64,000 nt of DNA from Amoebidium appalachense. Lineage: Eukaryota; Protista; Ichthyosporea. The position numbers and the translations under genes were made by a program. This document shows positions 60,574 through 64,000 of the stretch, in pieces (position 1 is the first letter of the stretch; every line of letters starts with the position of its first letter). The DNA lies in NCBI GenBank assembly GCA_963693365.1, contig CAVNZM010000012.1, forward strand, positions 7,568,001 to 7,632,000. The letters are read 5' to 3'. Below the pieces are notes generated by a model, which was not told the DNA's origin, made no database searches, and saw only the letters and a program-made list of their open reading frames with translations.

Positions 60574-61920
60574 GGGGTCGCCGTCTGTGATACCAGCACT
60601 CACACACTGGGCCGGTGGCGCCGTTTTAGTCAGAGTAACTGCTAATTCGTGTGCACCCCACGGCCGGCTGCAGATTTTCAGGCGTGCGCGGCCGTCGAAG
60701 TGTCAGTAGCTATAATATTAGTAGCCATGAGTTGTATACGTTGTCCCCAGAATTGCACGCATGTTTTTTTCCACGGTGTGTGTACGGTACTGTCACACGG
60801 TGTTTGTGCGTGTATGTGTGTGTGTGTGTGTGTGAACGTTCTGTTGACTGTTCAGCCATGGCCACGAATCGGTTCACATGTATCTGTGAAACGATTGGCT
60901 GTTTCAGTCAGCTGTTTTCTTATTGGCTTACATAAATCTCCCGTGGTTCCCCCAGCTGATCATGAGTCATTGCCATTCAGCGGCTGGTGATTTGGATTAT
61001 TCACAGAAGATTTTTATACGTAGTTTTTCTGCAAGGCATCTCCCCTTTAAATTTTCTCATTTCCCCTCCCTTTTTCCATGAAAAAAAGGGGATATTCGGG
61101 TAACATGCATGCTGTCCCCGACCGCCGGTCAAGGAATCTGTGGCATGCGCCCCCACATACAACATCTTTAGATTTTCCGCAATCAAGAAATAATATACGG
61201 CCTCGGCCCACCCCGGTCCCGCCGTCCCATGGCCAGGGGGCAGGTGGTGTAGCGCATGTTTCCATTCTGCAGCTCGCTGCTTAGCATAAAGGTAAAATAG
61301 CAGTTAATTCACAACATTGCAAGAAATAACAGAGTTTCTCGGTGGTCATTTAGTGTCACTAGAGTGTCTAAATGAATGTCAATGGATCATGAAAAAATTT
61401 ATGAGACCCATTTTACTGCAACATTTCAAAACCCTGTAAATTTGGGTAATGGAGGTTAATTTGCCTGAAGTGCCGAACCGTTGCTGGAAACACCACAGTC
61501 TTGTGTGCGCTGTTCAGCCTTGTTGTAGCAGAACTTACGTTGCTGGATGGCTGCTCTTAGGTTGCATTACAGTTACGTATACATACAATAATTAAATAAA
61601 TCTACATTTACAGACACTAGTAACATATGTGGGTGGAGTGGAAGTAGCTAGCACCTGGCCACCTTTCTTTCTTTCTAAATTCTGCCGACAAAAAATAGGC
61701 GCACAAATAACTCATAAAGCCCGTACGGTGGCCTGCATGCACGAGCAGGAAATCGTTCGGGCACGGTGGCTTGGGCCCTACAAACAGGCATCAAACTAAT
61801 AGCACATGTTATAATGACAGGCATACGGTAACCGGCTTTTTTTTTCCAGCTTTCCAGGCACCCACGCGCACAGACACAGCCTCAGCACATCACTAAACCG
61901 ATCCTGGAAAAACCGTTATT

Positions 61921-63737
61921 ATGTCCGTTTTGAATAAGCAGCGAAGCCCATCACCGGGCTTCCTGCGACCCGGCCACCTCCGGTCGTTGATCCTCAATGC
62001 AACTCTTCTAGCCTGTGTAGTTTCTTTCTTCTTTGGCCACGGCCCATTTTTGTGGGTGATGAATGTTTTCGCCTACCAAATACCAAGTTTTCCTGGTGTT
62101 GATTTGCTACGAAGCACACCACCTTTGCAAAACACAATAACAACGCTAACACAATTACCACACACAGTTCAGTCACCATTCCAATCGGGTGTGAGTAGGA
62201 GCACAGACCCTGCTTCTGTCACCACACCACCCTTTTCTGAAACAACAATTTTCACACGCACGACACCACCACCACCACCACCAACCAAAGCACCATCACA
62301 ACCCGGTGTTTACTCTCAGACGGTGCCAGCGCAAAACACATCCACACCAACAACAAAACTGGGTTCCTCCTCCGTTTCGAGTAAACAGAGCAAATATGCC
62401 ATCACTATTTCCACTACTATTCCACACTCTCCATCCCAACTACCACCTCCGAATGATACCTCGACTGACGGAAGGGTCGAGATATCCAAGGAAAATTCCG
62501 TTTATGGAAAATCTACGTGCCGATATTTGTATGGGACAGGTGAAAATATCTGCAATATGATTGATCGTGTGGGTAAGATCGCTTTAGCTACAAATACATC
62601 TGGGGCGAGCGAATACAACAAGGGTGAATGGGTGCGAAATTGCAATGCGGAAATCCTATCCCGCGTATATCCAAATAACACGGTCAGCCCGGTTGAAGCA
62701 TGGAGATATGCATACAATATATCCAGAAACGAAACTCGGTATGCGCTTTTCACTGAGGGAGGGGTAAGATATCATTTCCCATGTTTCAATGAGAGCGACA
62801 AGACGCGATCTGCGCAAAAGGCCGACACGTTGAATTTCTATTGGCAGCCGGATTCGTGCGGGCTTCATTCATTTGACGCTCAAAACATGCAAAGAATATT
62901 TGCAAACCACAACATTTTGTTTGTGGGTGATTCACTTTTGGGCCAACTAGCACGCAGTATCCGCGAACTTTCGGGCCTGTCTGAGTATATCGAAAGGCCG
63001 AATATCAACAGTGCGGGGGGATCCTTTATCGCCAAACGTGGAGATTCGACGATGCGATTCATCAAATCGTTCACTCTCATAAACCACAGAAATCTGCAAG
63101 TCATGCCCCCAGACATCTACGAGTTATGCGCGAGCAAGGAACCAAGGCTGTTGCGAGATTTTCCCGGGGGGGGAACCAAACGGAAATTGAAGCGGAAAAT
63201 GGTCGAATCAGGCAGCTTCAAAAGCGAAGGAATGATTACTGCCCACCACGGCACGACCACAAGCATTTATTGAGCCACGCCAGCTGGGCGCGAAATTTGA
63301 CCGGGGTCGATGTGTTAATTTTCAACACCGGGCACCATTGGAACAGGGAGGGGTTTGATAACTACAAGAAGATGGTGCATAATGTTGTGAAATATCTCGC
63401 TGAAAATTTCAGCGGGAAAGTGGTTTTTATGTCAACCAGCCCCGGCCATGTAGAGTGTATGAAGTATAGGGAGCCAACTGCGAAACCAATACCAAACCCT
63501 TCTCTTTTGGATGTATACCATTGGGAGGGACCGAAGGAGCACGAGAGCATATGGGGTCGTGAATTTGCACAGACCCCGCTTGTGTCAAATTTCACGTATT
63601 TTCATGTTGACGGTATGAGTTTGCTTAGGCCGGATGGTCACCCGACGGAACAAGACTGTTTGCATTATTGTGTCCCGGGGGTGCCTGACACGTGGTCACA
63701 GGCACTGTATAATTTGCTGTTGCAGTTTTTGGCATGA
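61921..63737 (+). CDS. Intronless TBL/PC-esterase family (polysaccharide O-acetyltransferase-like) type II membrane protein, frameshift probably at a G8 run
   Basis: N-terminal TM, Ser/Thr/Pro stalk, WQPDSCGLHSFD..ILFVGDSL, DVLIFNTGHHW, RPDGHP..DCLHYCVPGVPDTWSQAL. One extra G in the run at 63166-63173 fuses the two ORFs. Confidence 0.85.
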
Positions 63738-64000
63738 TTTAGCGTGAGTCTTCGAACTCAGTAAAACTTTGCGGTGATGATTAGATTAGTTCAGTGTATG
63801 CATTATATGAATTCCCGGCCTATCTATATTAGCATGTAACCACTGAATTTAGTTACGGGTATTAGTGGCCAGTACGGCATGATAGTGTATTAGTTGGGGC
63901 TGTGCAAAATTTAATAGTATTGATCACTGTTCTCGTATAGAGGGCGCGAAAGTGTGCAATTGAAGTCACCCCATCAATCGGTCCCACCTCCCCCTCCCTC

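Noticed and set aside
61357-61622. CACTA-like MITE with imperfect inverted ends
   Set aside because: The inverted repeat needs gaps and no TSD is evident.

Overview
Eukaryotic genomic DNA, probably a unicellular holozoan (inferred from the animal-like SNX3 and PRKX sequences). Introns are packed with (CA)n/(GT)n, poly-C/poly-G and (CT)n tracts, so almost all ORF-track entries are microsatellite artefacts. By reading GT-AG exons by hand I reconstruct five spliced genes: a PRKX/PKA catalytic kinase (-), NUS1/NgBR (+), a Spinster-type MFS transporter (+), SNX3 (+) and a membrane-anchored alpha/beta hydrolase (+). There are also three genes with no coding introns: a 64-aa protein, a frameshifted EXO1-like nuclease and a frameshifted TBL/PC-esterase. 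Mobile DNA includes a 5'-truncated non-LTR retrotransposon with a candidate 12-bp target-site duplication and a decayed transposase. The most notable signal is a family of about 270-nt intronic elements (4 near-full copies plus about 10 fragments). All copies lie in the host gene's sense orientation and most end at poly-C tracts. They carry the three conserved hammerhead ribozyme strands in a non-circularly permuted (pseudoknotted) order, supported by helices whose sequence is completely replaced between subfamilies while pairing is kept. Activity is untested.
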